From NCBI RefSeq assembly GCF_006345805.1, contig NC_043001.1, positions 133,610,001 to 133,674,000 of the forward strand: a DNA stretch of 64,000 nucleotides, given 5' to 3'. Below are positions 13,547 to 26,631 of this stretch, in pieces. Each line of letters starts with the position of its first letter. Positions within the stretch are counted from its first letter, which is position 1. The translations under genes and the position numbers were made by a program. Below the pieces are notes generated by a model, which made no database searches, was not told where the DNA came from, and worked only from the letters and a program-made list of their open reading frames with translations. The DNA is from Octopus sinensis. Lineage: Eukaryota.

Positions 13547-13636
<90 letters not shown>

Positions 13637-13801
13637 CGACAGGCTTCTTTCAGTTTCCGTTTACCAAATCCGCTCACAAGGCATTGGTCGGCCCGGGGCT
13701 ATAGCAGAAGACACTTGCCCAAGATGCTACGCAGTGGGACTGAACCCGGAACCATGTGGTTGGTTAGCAAGCTACTTACCACACAGCCACTCCTGCGCCT
13801 A
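13313..13801 (-). mobile_element. SINE family B (CORE-SINE-like), full-length
   Basis: Head GGAGTGGCTGTGTGG..GGTTCAGTCCC (A/B boxes), CORE-like GGCATCTTGGGCAAGTGTC, internal (TA)n(TG)n tract, and (AAAGAGT)n tail. Confidence 0.85.
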
Positions 13802-14149
13802 TTCAACATATATAAAACATATATGAGGTAAAGAATATTATTTTCTATGAGTTTGGTCTGCAAGGAGGAAGAAAGGGGTTGTTTGTGCATCACATGGCAT
13901 TACAGAACCTTCCACATCAGTGTTACTGTACTGATGTCGCTGATGCTCTCTTTGAAGACCTTCAACTCAATACGTGCAGGAAAACAAACATAGGTAGGGA
14001 AAAAGTTTCGGAGAAATTGACATTCCAGCACCCTCTGAAAATTTCAGTCATGGTGATCTCTACACTAGGTAACTGGTGATATATTACATAAATTCGAGTA
14101 GACCAAAGCAGAGGCCTTTTCGTCTCCAAATGCTATAATACCCGTATAG

Positions 14150-14480
14150 AACATGGACTATTCTATTAAGAAAATAACAAACTCGTTGAATAAATAATAT
14201 CCGAGATTAATTACTAAAGGAAGCGGGACAAATTGTCAAGCAAATAAGACGGGAAGCATTTTTCTTTGATTCTAATAATACAGCAACCACTAAAGAACAG
14301 TATTAAGAACAGGAACCAGCCACCCTCACTCCCCAAGTTCAAAGACTTGGCCCTCTTTGAAAGCCGACCTATTAGTTAACCACAAACATCCTCTTCCGTG
14401 CATAACATCAATTCATTGCTTTCAGAACGAACAACCGACTTTAAGAAATTTAATACTACCACTAACACTATTAAGTTTGT
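14150..14480 (+). pseudogene. Decayed Penelope-like ORF N-terminal remnant
   Basis: Hand translations LKEAGQIVKQIRREAFSL and PKFKDLALFE resemble the PLE ..KRLRWKAFF and PP..KDL..FE.DL region as I recall it. Confidence 0.45.
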
Positions 14481-15672
14481 TATTATTTTTTTTTAATATG
14501 AAGTAGATTACACCAAATATAAAGAACTACTTTATGATAACATCATTAGAATAATATAAGCAAACCACAGCCTGCAAACCACAGCCTGCAAACCACAGCA
14601 TACAAACACACAGGCAAAAGTCATAGCGTAGTAAATTAACTTACACAAGAGTGTAGAATGCTTAACTAAGCGAGAAGCGTATCAGGGTTGCCAATTCAGA
14701 AATTTACTCGCTAAACTCAGCCTTTTTACTATTTTCAGCGCGAACAGTCATTTAGTCACGCGCCTGCGTAATTTTTGTGCTTTTTTATTTTGATTTAGTG
14801 TTAAAGTTGGTACTTTTGCATTAACGCTAAATCAAAATTTCAATCGGAATTTTCTGTCTGAAACTGAGGCAGAAATTTTGTGACAAGGAAAACTGTTTTT
14901 CTGCTCATTTTGAAGCCAATTATTATTGAAGTTTAAAGAATTGGCAAAAAAAATTTCGAAGCAGAAACACAAGACCCATCGAAATTATTGAAAGGTCTTC
15001 AACATATTGATTCACTCAGTTCAATAATTATAATGCCAGTAAAGAAGCTGAATGAAAATGAATGTGTATAGGATTTGGATCCGAAGCCACCTCTTAAGAG
15101 TATTTAACCATATAAATTTTATGATATCAAATGATCGGAACTGTCCAGGCATAGAAACATCAAGAAAAACTTTGAGCATCAAATATGGACTTAAGCAAAA
15201 TGATCGAGGTTGTGATTACTATGGGCCCTACATGCAATAGCCTACGCTACCCCACTGACCATCCGTGGTGTATGTGTAGCGAGATGATGTAGCAAAAGAT
15301 GTCGTTGAGGTTGCAGATGAAATAGGCATGTGGACGACATCAAAGTAAAACAATGAGAAAGCATCGAATTGTGGTTTAAACAATTTATTTAATCGACACT
15401 TGCATTTATTTGTTGCATACGCCAAAAAATTCACTACATGGCATTACCAACTTCGAGTTGGCGAAGAAGAAAATAAACAGGGGAAATACTGTATCGATGT
15501 GATGAGGTAGAACCGGGCATGTTTTGTGTCTGTGTGTGTGTTGCTCAGGTCGGTGGTGTCTGTTTCTGTTCTGCGACTGCTACTGTATTGGGTCGGTCAT
15601 GTTGAATAAGTGGTTCTATGTTGGCTGCTTGACTGGCGCAAGTTATCTGCTGGCTGTCTCTTGACAGTCCAC

Positions 15673-15865
15673 CTGGTGATAGCTATCTATTTCTTTATTG
15701 CCCACAGGGGGCTAAACACAGAGGAGACAAAGAAGGACAGACGAACGGATTAAGTCAATTATATCGACTCCAGTGCGTAACTGGTACTTATTTAATCGAC
15801 CTCGAAAGGATGAAAGGCAAAGTCGACCTCGGCGGAATTTGAACTCAGAACTGGTGATAGCTATC
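15673..15865 (-). mobile_element. SINE family C, 5'-truncated, with 15-bp TSD
   Basis: CTGGTGATAGCTATC at 15673-15687 and 15851-15865. Confidence 0.85.
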
Positions 15866-16373
15866 CTCAGTCCCTTGACTGATTGCTGTATTTATAATGG
15901 TCAGTACAGCTAGAAGGTCAGACATACCACAGGAGTAATCTACTTACGTAGGTTGCCTCCTGTCCACTTGAACCTTAAATGACACAGCTCAGGTCGTGGG
16001 TCGAAGGGAAATCCATCCATCACTTTTTGACAGGACAAAGGAATTTCTTTCGCACTTGTTTGGCCAGTGGTGGATCAGACGATCGAGAATCCTTAGATTC
16101 GGTTTCGAACTGTTAGTTTTTACATAAGTATGAAGTAGTAATCCCGTAGTTTCTATGTTGAATTTCAGATAATTTATCTCCGCTTAATTACGGTTACTGT
16201 GATGAACTTCCGTAAAAAAAACATTTCAAATACTTCATTGCATATATCCTAAGAAAACTTTTAATTAAATTTTTTCCTGTTTTGTATCAATGGTAAATAT
16301 CCTAGGATATAATATCTGTTACAGAAAGATTAATAGTGCCTTTATGCCTAAGTGAAAGACTTCGATGCCATTA

Positions 16374-16430
16374 GTATGTATGTGTATGTATGTATGTATG
16401 TATGTATGTATGTATGTATGTATGTATGTA

Positions 16431-16461
<31 letters not shown>

Positions 16462-16514
16462 ATGTATGTATGTATGTGTGTGTGTATGTATGTATGTATG
16501 TATGTATGTATGTA

Positions 16515-16545
<31 letters not shown>

Positions 16546-17011
16546 ATGTGTGTATGTATGTATGTATGTATGTATGTATGTATGTATGTATGTATGTATG
16601 TATGTATGTGTGTATGTGTGTATGTATGTATGTATGTGTGTATGTATGTATGTATGTGTGTATGTGTGTATGTATGTATGTATGTATGTATGTACGTGTG
16701 TGTATGTATGTGTGTATGTATGTATGTATGTATGTATGTATGTGTGTGTGTGTGTATGTATGCATGTATGTATGTATGTATGTATGTATGTATGTATGTA
16801 TGTATGTATGTATGTATGCATGTATGTATGTATGTATGTATGTATGTATGTATTGTATGTATGTATGTATGTATGTATGTGTGTATGTATGTATGTATGT
16901 ATGCATGTATGTATGTATGTATGCATGTATGTATGTATGTATGTATGTATGTATGTATGTATGTATGTGTGTGTGTATGTATGTATGTATGTATGTATGT
17001 ATGTATGTATG
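16374..17011. repeat. (TATG)n/(TG)n compound microsatellite
   Basis: Direct inspection. Confidence 0.97.
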
Positions 17012-17204
17012 TCGTTATTCCGTTTTATTTCAAGATTTCTTGCCAATAGAGAAAGAGTAGGTTTCTAACCTAAATCCAAGGTTCCTTCATTGGAATTTTA
17101 ATATCAACAACAGGGTACTTTTGTTTGTTTGTTTGTATGTATGTATGTGTGTATGTATGTATGTATGTATGTTAAGTCATTATTAAGAATTAGAGAAATT
17201 CTGC

Positions 17205-17640
17205 GACTTGGCAGACTCGTTACCGATATTTCGTTCGGCTTTCGTTCTGAGTTCAAATTCTGCCGAGGTCGACTTTGCCTTTCATCCTTTCGGGGTCGGT
17301 AAAATAAATACCTATTTCTTTATTACACACAAGGGGCTAAACATAGAGGGGACAAACAAGGCCAGACAGACGGATTAGGTCGATTATATCGACCCCCAAT
17401 GCGTAACTGGTACTTAATTTATCGACCCCGAGAGGATGAAAGGCAAAGTCAACCTCGGCGGAATTTGAACTCAGAACGTAACGACAGACGAAATACTGCT
17501 TAGCATTTCGCCCGGCGCGCTAACGTGTCTGCCAGCTCGCCGCCCTCGGTAAAATAAATACCAGTCGACCACTGGGGTTGATGTAATCGGCTGTTCCTCT
17601 CCACCAAAATTTCAGGCTTTGTGCCCATAGATGAAAAGAT
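17205..17640. mobile_element. Family C SINE (minus) nested in an older family-C-like SINE (plus)
   Basis: 17-bp TSD TCGGTAAAATAAATACC at 17296-17312 and 17546-17562. Confidence 0.85.
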
Positions 17641-18168
17641 TATTAAAAGTGAGAAGGCGACAGCAGCTAGCAGAATCGTTACCGCGCCGGATATATCATT
17701 TAATGACATTTCTTCCGGCTTTACGTTCTAAGTTCAAATGCTGCCGAGGCCGACTTTACCTTTTATCCCTTCGGGGTCGATGTAATCGATTATCCCATTC
17801 CCCTAAAATTTCTGGCTTTGAAACATTTTTTTGAAACAAAATTTTAAATAATTATTAAAAATTAGCGGCTAATTAGTGAGAGAGTTGATAGAGTGTCTGC
17901 TTTAGTTATCTTTTGAAAGTTCTGAGTTGAAATCCTATGAGAGTTGTCCTTACTTTTCATCTTTTTTTTTTTTCAGGATCGATTTAATTTATAGTAATTG
18001 TCAACTCAACTATTGCTCGGGTCGATTTAATTAGTACTAATTAGATTTAATTAGTACATTCGACTGTGAAGTAAATCATTCTTTCGTCATTTATAACAAT
18101 ATTTGTTAAAGAAACAAGGCCTTACTCTTTCTTTCTTTCTCCCTCTTTCTGTGCCTCTCTCCTCTCTC

Positions 18169-18238
<70 letters not shown>

Positions 18239-18502
18239 AGAAATTATTTTTTTTATTATCTGTAACAATGTTCTGAAATTAAGGTCAAAAGTATAATGTA
18301 AAAATCGGTATTTTTTTATTCTTTTATTTGTTTCAGTCATTTGGCGGCGACTATGCTGGAGCACTGCCTTTAGTCGAACAAATCGACTCTAGGACTTATT
18401 CTTTCTAAGCCTATTCTACCGGTCTCTTTTGCCGAACCGCTAAGTTACGGGGACGTAAACACACCAGCATCGGTTGTCAAGCGATAGTGGAGAACCATGA
18501 CT

Positions 18503-19105
18503 AAAAAGGCGGCGAGCTGACAGAAACGTTAGCACGCCGGGCCAAATGCTTAGCGGTATTTCGTCCGCCGTTACGTTCTGAGTTCAAATTCCGCCGAGGT
18601 CGACTTTGCCTTTCATCCTTTCGGAGTCGATTAAATAAGTACCAGTTATGCACTGGTGCGATGTAATCGACTTAATCCGTTTGTCTATCCTTGTTTGTCC
18701 CCTCTGTGTGTAGCCCCTTGTGGGTAGTAAAGAAATAGGTATTTTGTCTGCCGTTACGTTCTGAGTTCTAATTCCGCCGAGGTCGACTTTGCCTTTCATC
18801 CTTTCGGGGTCGATAAATTAAGCACCAGTTACGCACTGGGGTCGATGTAATCGACTTAATACCTATGTCTGTCCTTGTTTGTCCCCTCTGTGTTTGGCCG
18901 CTTGTGTGTAGTAAAGAAATAGGTATTTCGTCTGCCGTTACGTTCTAAGTTCAAATTCCGCCGAAGTCGACTTTGCCTTTCATCCTTTCGGAGTCGATTA
19001 ATTAAGTACCAGTTATGCACTGGGGTCGATGTAATCGACTTAATCCGTTTGTCTGTCCTTGTTTGTCCCCTCTATGTTTAGCCCCTTGTGGGCAATAAAG
19101 AAATA
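18503..19105 (+). mobile_element. SINE family C trimer (one head, three bodies)
   Basis: One GGCGGCGAGCTG head, three bodies, and one flanking 12-bp TSD AGAACCATGACT (18491-18502, 19106-19117). Confidence 0.9.
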
Positions 19106-20071
19106 AGAACCATGACTTTTCTGCAGAGAACGAACTACCTAATCGATGATAACTCGCCGGTTCACCATCTCTCGAGCTTGCTGAATCTTCTCGAGTGGTG
19201 GAGGCGTCCTGCTTCCTCTTCGTGCTTCACTCTCGTCCGACACACTTCTATGCGGTAGTGCAGTGTCCCCTTATTGTGCTAAAAGCCTCCGATGAATTTC
19301 AGCATCTGACACAACTTCCGACCAGAGAAATCAGATCACTGCTCTTTGTTCTTCTCTAGTGCACATCGCTAGTGGAGCGGCCTGGCTTACACTGTAAAGC
19401 CAGGAAGAAAAATGGTGTGATCAGTTCGATAATGTAACCACAATGGTACCATCTATAAGCATGCATGCGCAGAAGGCAGTGTGACAATAATAAAGCTATG
19501 TTATGGCGAAAGTGCGGATAATTCTTGACATCCCCTAGTGTATAAATATATATATATATGTATATGTATATGTATGTGTATATATATATATGTGTATATA
19601 TATATCTATATCTATCTATATATATATATATATATATTGACCGCTGCTTTGACAACACGGCCTCTCTCTTCGTCTGTCGAAAAGGCAATTATTTCAAAAT
19701 ACGCCCGTTAAGATAAGTTCAGTTGTCTAAAGTCGTAAGACACACGCTGTTTTTGTCCCGTTATTACCATTCTTGTTTTTAATTTTATTTTTGTTTTTTG
19801 TATTTATATTCGTGTGGCATCGTCCGTTTTTCTGTCCTTGTTTCGTATACATTCGATCCTTTTTCCAAGAAATCTAATGCTCGCAGCTTAGTTTTCCCTT
19901 GGGGCTAGCCGGATCTGAGCGATATCAGGATTAATTAGCCGAAATTTGCTATGACGATCCGGTTCCTGACTGAAGATTAGAGGCTTCGAATGACCCGTCC
20001 GTTCTTTGTGTCGTCTCTTTGTGTCATTTGCGTTCTTGTCCCATTTTGTATTTTTTATATATCATTTTTAT

Positions 20072-20140
<69 letters not shown>

Positions 20141-20868
20141 ATATATATAAAGTAAAACAAACAGGGTGTGCGTTGCGCTACACGGATATATCAAGAGTTC
20201 AGGGGTGAACAGCAAAGAACACAACAAAGAGAAAAAAATAATCAAAAAAATTTTTTTTCTGTTCAACCATTCATATGTGTGTGTGTGAGTGTGTATGACA
20301 GGCTTCCACGCAGTTTCCATTTTCCAGATTCAATCACAAAGCATTGGTCGGCCCAGGGTTAAAGTAGATGACACTTTCACAAGGTGCCGTGCACCGGGAC
20401 TGAACCCTAAACCACGTAGTTGCGCAGAGTGCTTCATGATCAAACAAGCTATGTCTGCAACTATTTAAAAAATAAACAATGCAATTTGTTATTAATTATT
20501 TAACAATTAACAAGTTTTTCGGGGGCAAGTTTGACGTAATTTTTGTTAACAAGTAGAGAAGAGAAATAGAGACATCAAATTTCAAATTTCTGTGTTGTGT
20601 TGGTCTTGTGGAATAGTGAAGGGTCACAAAGTGTATCTGAAGAAATAAGTGGTAGGGTTAAGCAAGAATTAAGTCTAGAGAATTTGTGGAGCCGGTGCAT
20701 TAGTTGTTATGACGGAAGAGAATGTAATATTTGATGGTGGGGTGAGGGGTGAGGAGGTAAGGACATGTCCCCATTCTGAGACTGGGAAAGAGAGTGGTCG
20801 AGAAAATAGTATTATCACTTCAATCGTAATACAACAAATAAATAAAAAATTTCAAAATTAACACATCT

Positions 20869-20869
20869 T

Positions 20870-20909
<40 letters not shown>

Positions 20910-20911
20910 TG

Positions 20912-20961
<50 letters not shown>

Positions 20962-20976
20962 GGGGTGGTGGTGGTG

Positions 20977-21026
<50 letters not shown>

Positions 21027-21340
21027 GGTGGGTGGTGGTGCTGGTGCTGGTGCTGGTGCTGGTGGCGGTTATGGTGGTGGTGATGGTGGTGATGGTGATG
21101 GTGGTGATGGTGCTAGTAGTAGTAGCAGTAGTAGTAGTAATAGTAGTAGTCGTAGTAGTAGTAGTGGTGGTGGTGGTGGTGGTGGTGGTGGTGGTGGTGG
21201 TGGTGATGCTGGTGCTGGTAATGATCATCGTCGTCATGGTCATGGTAGTGGTGATGGTGTTGTGGTGGTGCTGGTGGTGCTGGTGCTAGTAGTAATAGTA
21301 GTAGTAGTAGTAGTAGTAGTAGTAGAAGTAGTAGTAGTAG
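20869..21340. repeat. Compound trinucleotide repeat (TAG)n/(TGG)n/(TGC)n
   Basis: Direct inspection. Confidence 0.95.
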
Positions 21341-21892
21341 TCAAACAAACAGGTTTCTAGGAAAAATGTCTTTAAAAAGCCAGAATAATAATTAAAAAAA
21401 AAAAAAGGGATCGTCATGTTGCCTCACCTCTGGTCAACATTATGAAACAAGATTTTATTGTTTGTTGAATAAACAATTTACAAGAGACAACGAAACGATG
21501 TGGAGACGGAAGCGAAAGAATAATTAAAAAAACAACAACAGTTCGGCAAAGTAGTCAAAAATATACTCTACTCATATTACTATAGGAAAATATACATATG
21601 TATACATAGAAAAAACACTGGTGCATTGGCGTGGGTGTGAGAGCTTATTTTCGATGTTTTGCTGTAAATTGAGATAACATGTAGTAAACTAGTTAATTAC
21701 GATACATCTTCTAATTGGTCTAAATTTGTCTCCACTTCGTGATTGTTATTCCCCTCCTCTCCTCTCTTTCCACTCACCAAACTTAATCAGTTATGTTGTT
21801 ATTGTTGATTCTCCGTTCAACAAGGGATCATCTTTGACATGCCAATCGTAAACGACCGCTTTTATCATTTTTATATCATGTTACAGTCGTGG

Positions 21893-22470
21893 GCGTAGTT
21901 GCGTGGGCAAGAAGCTGCTTTCCCAACTATGTGGTCTGGGGTTCAGTCACACTGTACGGCACCTTGGGTAACAAATGTCTTCAGCCATAGCACCACGCCG
22001 GACCAAAACCTTGTCAGTGGACTTGATAGACGAAAACTGAAAGAAGCTTATAATATATGTGTGTGTGCATGAATGTGTTTGTATTCTACCACCGCTTGAT
22101 AACCGGTGTTGGTTTCTTTACGTAACCTTAACTTAGCGGTTCAGCAAAATAAGACCGATAGAATAAGTACCAGGCTTTAAAAAAAAATACCACCGCTTGA
22201 TAACCGGTGTTGGTTTCTTTACGTAACCTTAACTTAGCGGTTCAACAAAAAAAACCGATAGAATAAGTACCAGGCTTTAAAAAAAAATACCACCGCTTGA
22301 TAACCGGTGTTGGTTTCTTTACGTAACCTTAACTTAGCGGTTCAGCAAAATAAGACCGATAGAATAAGTACCAGGCTTTAAAAAATAAGTACTGGGGATT
22401 GATTAAACCCTTCAAAGCGGTGTCCCAGCATGGCTTCAGTCTAATGACTGAATCCAGTAAAATATAAAAT
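21893..22470 (+). mobile_element. Family-B-related SINE with an internal ~100-bp triplication
   Basis: Diverged head; unit TACCACCGCTTGATAACC...GGCTTTAAAAAAAA starts at 22087, 22188 and 22288. Confidence 0.8.
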
Positions 22471-22593
22471 ACAATGTTTAAGATAACGTTACTTAATGTC
22501 ACCTTTTTGCTTTAAGATGGTAGGGTGTGTTTGAGGAAAACTCGAGCGACCATACAAATGCTCCCACTTTACCTTGGTAGATATGCTAGAACA

Positions 22594-22814
22594 TACGAAG
22601 GGGTGTTGAAAAGTTCCTGGCTTTGGTTAAAAGAAAATACAAGAGGATCAGTTGATTATGATTTTAATCAACATATTCCCTTCTCAGATTCACACACTTA
22701 TTGCAGCAGTCCTTCCGTTTTTCTGAGACCTGTAAAAGAACTCGGAAGGTTGAACCTCAAACCAGGCCTTTTGCAATACCCTTAAAGCGAGGAACTTTTC
22801 AGCACCTTCTCGTA
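22594..22814. mobile_element. Mariner-derived MITE
   Basis: TIRs TACGAAGGGGTGTTGAAAAGTTCC / GGAACTTTTCAGCACCTTCTCGTA. Confidence 0.85.
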
Positions 22815-22886
22815 GAATTAAATCTACAACGACATTTATTTCATTCAAGAGATCAAATCTTGTGATCCACTTTGTTTTCTTTCTTC

Positions 22887-22960
<74 letters not shown>

Positions 22961-23722
22961 ATGGAACAAAAACGCAATAGAGGGCAATAAAACATTCGGA
23001 CAGATAGACGATACAAAGGCGGAAGGAGAAACAACAATTAGAAGGACAGGCACAAAAAAAGACTGGTCATTTGTGGACTTCTTTCCTCAGTCAAGTATAC
23101 CAGAAGTCCTTACTGTTTCGAGAAGTTACACTTAAGACAGTTCGACAAACGTTAAGGAGCATCAAATTGAATTTATAGCAATCACCCATGTAGGAAACTT
23201 AATATACATGTTTACCATTTAATATCTTTATATCAATATTATATCTACTATGCATTCTTTAATGCTTATATTTACAGATGCTAGTGCAATAAAACGTGAA
23301 GTATCAACAGATTCAACAGTAATTTTAATATATAATTAGTTATTTATAATGATAATATTATATCCGATGATAGTTTTTTGAATACCATAAACATGCGTGA
23401 ATACACGAAAAACCAGTTACCTTCCTCGTATATAAGATGAAGTATTAATATTTTACTAGTAATATTTAATATAATATTTAGTATTTATATGATACTTACT
23501 AGGAATTATTTAATTCTAAACGGTTATAGAAGTACTAAAATGAAATGCTGACCGATTCAAAGTACTAACAGGTCTAATATATAATTGATTTATTTATGAA
23601 AATATTTAATGGTAGTTTTTGAGAGACCATTTACAAGCGTGAACACATGAAAAACCAGTCTCAATTCTCGTATTTAAGAAGCGCCACCTGGAAAAAAGGA
23701 TTTGGTACAACTCTTCAAGACA

Positions 23723-24039
23723 TCGGAATTACGGAGATGTACTTGCATAGCGAGTGACTTGATCTGAGATCGTGTGCTGGAACGAAAACAATTGCAGCGT
23801 GGAAGGTGTTTATAAGCCATTTAAGAAACACACAAAACCGTTAGATTCACTTCAACATTTAAATTTAATTTGTCAAAATATTTTCGTCGCTTTGTTCACT
23901 GACAAGGCTTTGTCAGTGAACAGGTCGCGGTCTCAAAGCGACGAAAATATTTTGACAAATTAAATTTAAATGTTGAAGTGAATCTAACGGTTTTGTGTGT
24001 TTCTTAAATGGTTTACAAACACCTTCCACGCTGCAATTG
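23723..24039. repeat. Foldback insertion with 11-bp flanking direct repeats
   Basis: Arms 23789-23904 and 23909-24039; TCTTCAAGACA at 23712-23722 and 24040-24050. Confidence 0.8.
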
Positions 24040-24693
24040 TCTTCAAGACAGAAAAAAACAGAAAGAATTACCAATCTTATAAGCAGTAGCTTTGCTTATA
24101 ATTTCCCACTCTACAGAAAAACTTTTTTTTTTTCTTGTCTTTTCGGTCCCAAATGAATTCACTGAGATTTGGTACTAAAATAATTGTTCCAATTGTTAAA
24201 GGCGTAAATATGGTTAGATATTCGTCTCTTGATAAAATTTTGCGTTGTTCTTATGTAAAAGAATTTCTTACCTTCAGATTGTACTTTACATCTGTAAACA
24301 ATATTTTTTTGTTTACAATAATTTTGAAACAAACATTTACTGCTAACCTCGAAATCACAAAATATATTTTCATTACTACTCGTATTATTATTCAGTTTTA
24401 TATCATTACCTTCAGTATGACTGCAATTTGCTCATGCTCGAGAGGTTGAGATGGAATCTAATTTGGGTTGTTTCTTCTAGTACACTTGATGACTCAAGTA
24501 TACATTTCTTACTACCATTTATTCTAAGAGCATTACCTTTGTAATATGAGCATTACGCTTGTAATGTGATAAATAATTAGCAGTTTTTGATACGTCATAT
24601 TTTTTTGTTGGCTTCTATATTTTAACAAATACACGCCCTCATATGATGAATATTACCGCTCTCTCAACCTAATTCTATCTTTCTCTCTCTTCC

Positions 24694-24744
<51 letters not shown>

Positions 24745-24938
24745 AACACCTAGTTTACCCTAACTGCAACACCACTACCAAACGCACGCGCACAACTATA
24801 TTATATTTGTTTATACGTATACGAGCAAAACGCCCTCCGTGCTGAGTTGTCAAACATTTAAACCAAATTTTCTCAAAACTTGTCCGACCGTGCATTATTT
24901 ACATTTGTCGGATATTTGTCCTCATCTTGTTTCTTGTT

Positions 24939-24984
24939 AGCACAACGTTTCGGCTGATGTACTCTCCAGCCTTCATCAGGTATC
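24939..24984 (-). ncRNA. Minimal hammerhead in the PLE 3' terminal repeat (family H3)
   Basis: CUGAUGA-A-GGCUG..CAGCC-GAAA-CG-UU; stem I partly decayed; same strand as, and downstream of, the PLE RT remnant. Confidence 0.55.
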
Positions 24985-25084
24985 CTGGGGGAATTTCGAA
25001 CCTGGGTTCTCATTCCTAAGGTATTTTCCCGATGTCTTGGGGGTTAGTAGCCCGCACTCTTGACCACTACGCTATATGCCCGCG

Positions 25085-25720
25085 GGCAATTATGGAGAGA
25101 ATTTTAGGGCGGTTTTACTCGGAGATATTTGCGAAGTGTTGTATTACTCTCGAATACTGTCCTGATGTCATATGGGCCGCATGTCTTTTGTATCTTTTCA
25201 GAGAGACCTTTCACATAGGGTAGACAGACTATGGTCCGTTTATGGGTTCCAACCCCTCTTCTCTTCATAACTGAAGTGGATAGTATGTTTATGTGATAGT
25301 TGTTGCTTAATAGATTGTTACTTAGTTTGATCATTTCTTTGTGGTGTGTATCAGGATCGCTACTTATATTCTTTGCTCGATGTTTTAGATACTGAGCAAT
25401 CCCTCTCTTTACACTGTTTGGATGGTGGGAACTGAAGCTGAGGTATCGCCCAGTGAAGGTTGGCTTTCGGTATACGGATGTCCTGAATCCATATTTGGTG
25501 CGTGTTATTAATACGTTTAGGAATGCTAGCTGATTGTCTTTTTCCTCTTCCATTGTGAACTGTAAGATATGGCTTTATTGAGTTCACATAATCTAACAGT
25601 ACTTGAACATCTTCCTGGAGGGGCCAAAGTATAAAGGTGTCGTCAACATATTGCAGCCATAGGGTTGGTTTTAGTGATGCCTTTTAACGCCTTTTTTCTT
25701 CGCCCCTTCCACATCTGCAA
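25085..25720 (-). pseudogene. Penelope-like element RT remnant
   Basis: KPTLWLQYVDDTFILW (YVDD at 25639-25650), then LAFLNVLI..VYRKPTFTGRYLSFSSHHP and LPYVKGLSEKI. Frameshifted; no GIY-YIG domain visible. Confidence 0.88.
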
Positions 25721-26388
25721 ATACCGTAGCACCAGCTTTCGTCACCAGTTATGAGCCTCAAAAAAGATCCGGATCAACTTCCAACTGTTCTTTCAGTCCA
25801 CGACACGCATTCAGTCGTGACTACTTTAGATCTTACGTGAGCAAGCGAGGCACAAATTTTGCTGCAACGCTCTTCATTTGCAATTCCTCGCTCAAAATTC
25901 GTTGGCAGGAGCTCATCGGTTATATCAACAAGTTCGCCAATTGGTCGGTGACAGTCCTCCAAGTTCCTGAATTTTCATGATGTTTTCGTTCGTTCGGGAG
26001 GTTGACTGTCATCCTGAACGAGGTTGGTCTTCAAGCGACAAGTGACCATTCCTAAAGCATGAAAACCACTCATAAACTTGTGTTTTGCTCATGGCAGCGT
26101 CTTTCTAAGTTGTTTGAAGCATCACAACTGTTTCGGCCGACGTTTTCCCCACTAGAAAACAGAATTTCACGGAAGCATGCTGTTCCTTCATCTCAACGAC
26201 CACAAAAATCGACTAACAGGGGAGAAGTACTGCAAAGCAAAGACGCACCACGTGGCAGTACGACTTCACAGTACAACGCCGGTCGGCAGACTGATGCCTG
26301 AAGGTCGCATCAAGTGGCTTCTAACGGAGGAAGCCTGAACTACAATGGGTTTGTCCCACAAAGAACGTTTCTTGTTACTTTTGGATAT

Positions 26389-26475
<87 letters not shown>

Positions 26476-26594
26476 TGTGTGTGTGTGTGTGTATGTATAT
26501 ATATAAATAATCCCACAAAACGAAGAAAAAACAACAACATGAAGATGTGATACATGCAAAGTGTTATAAGATGCTCAGGGAAAGAAAGAAAGGT

Positions 26595-26631
26595 TGTTTT
26601 ACGTTTCGAGCAAAGCTCTTCTTCAGAAACA
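26595..26631 (-). ncRNA. Minimal type I hammerhead candidate (family H1)
   Basis: UGUUU-CUGAAGA-A-GAGC(UUU)GCUC-GAAA-CG-UA-AAACA. Confidence 0.7.

Noticed and set aside
15935-16100. Possible minus-strand exon ending at GTAAGT; also a TTTCTAG-ACAT-GTAAGT micro-exon near 1365-1380
   Set aside because: No recognisable protein similarity or neighbouring exons; such splice-like words arise by chance.
16319-17068. Long ORFs such as MYVCMYVC and HTYIHTYI (also at 69-485, 12181-13066, 42597-43095, 55057-55544)
   Set aside because: Translations of stop-free (TATG)n and (GT)n microsatellites; no coding signal.
19895-20000. CCGGAT-CTGAGCGA...GAAA...ATCCGG and CTGAAGA...GAAT motifs
   Set aside because: Core has an insertion, there is no valid NUH before stem I', and the second motif lacks GAAA. 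At best a decayed relic.
20815-21360. Poly-Thr/His, poly-Val and Gly/Ser ORFs
   Set aside because: Trinucleotide repeat read-through with no splice or domain context.
23060-23130. Possible type II hammerhead on the minus strand (GAAAC-A-GUA...CUGAGGA)
   Set aside because: Stem I does not pair and helix III has a 1-nt non-palindromic loop.
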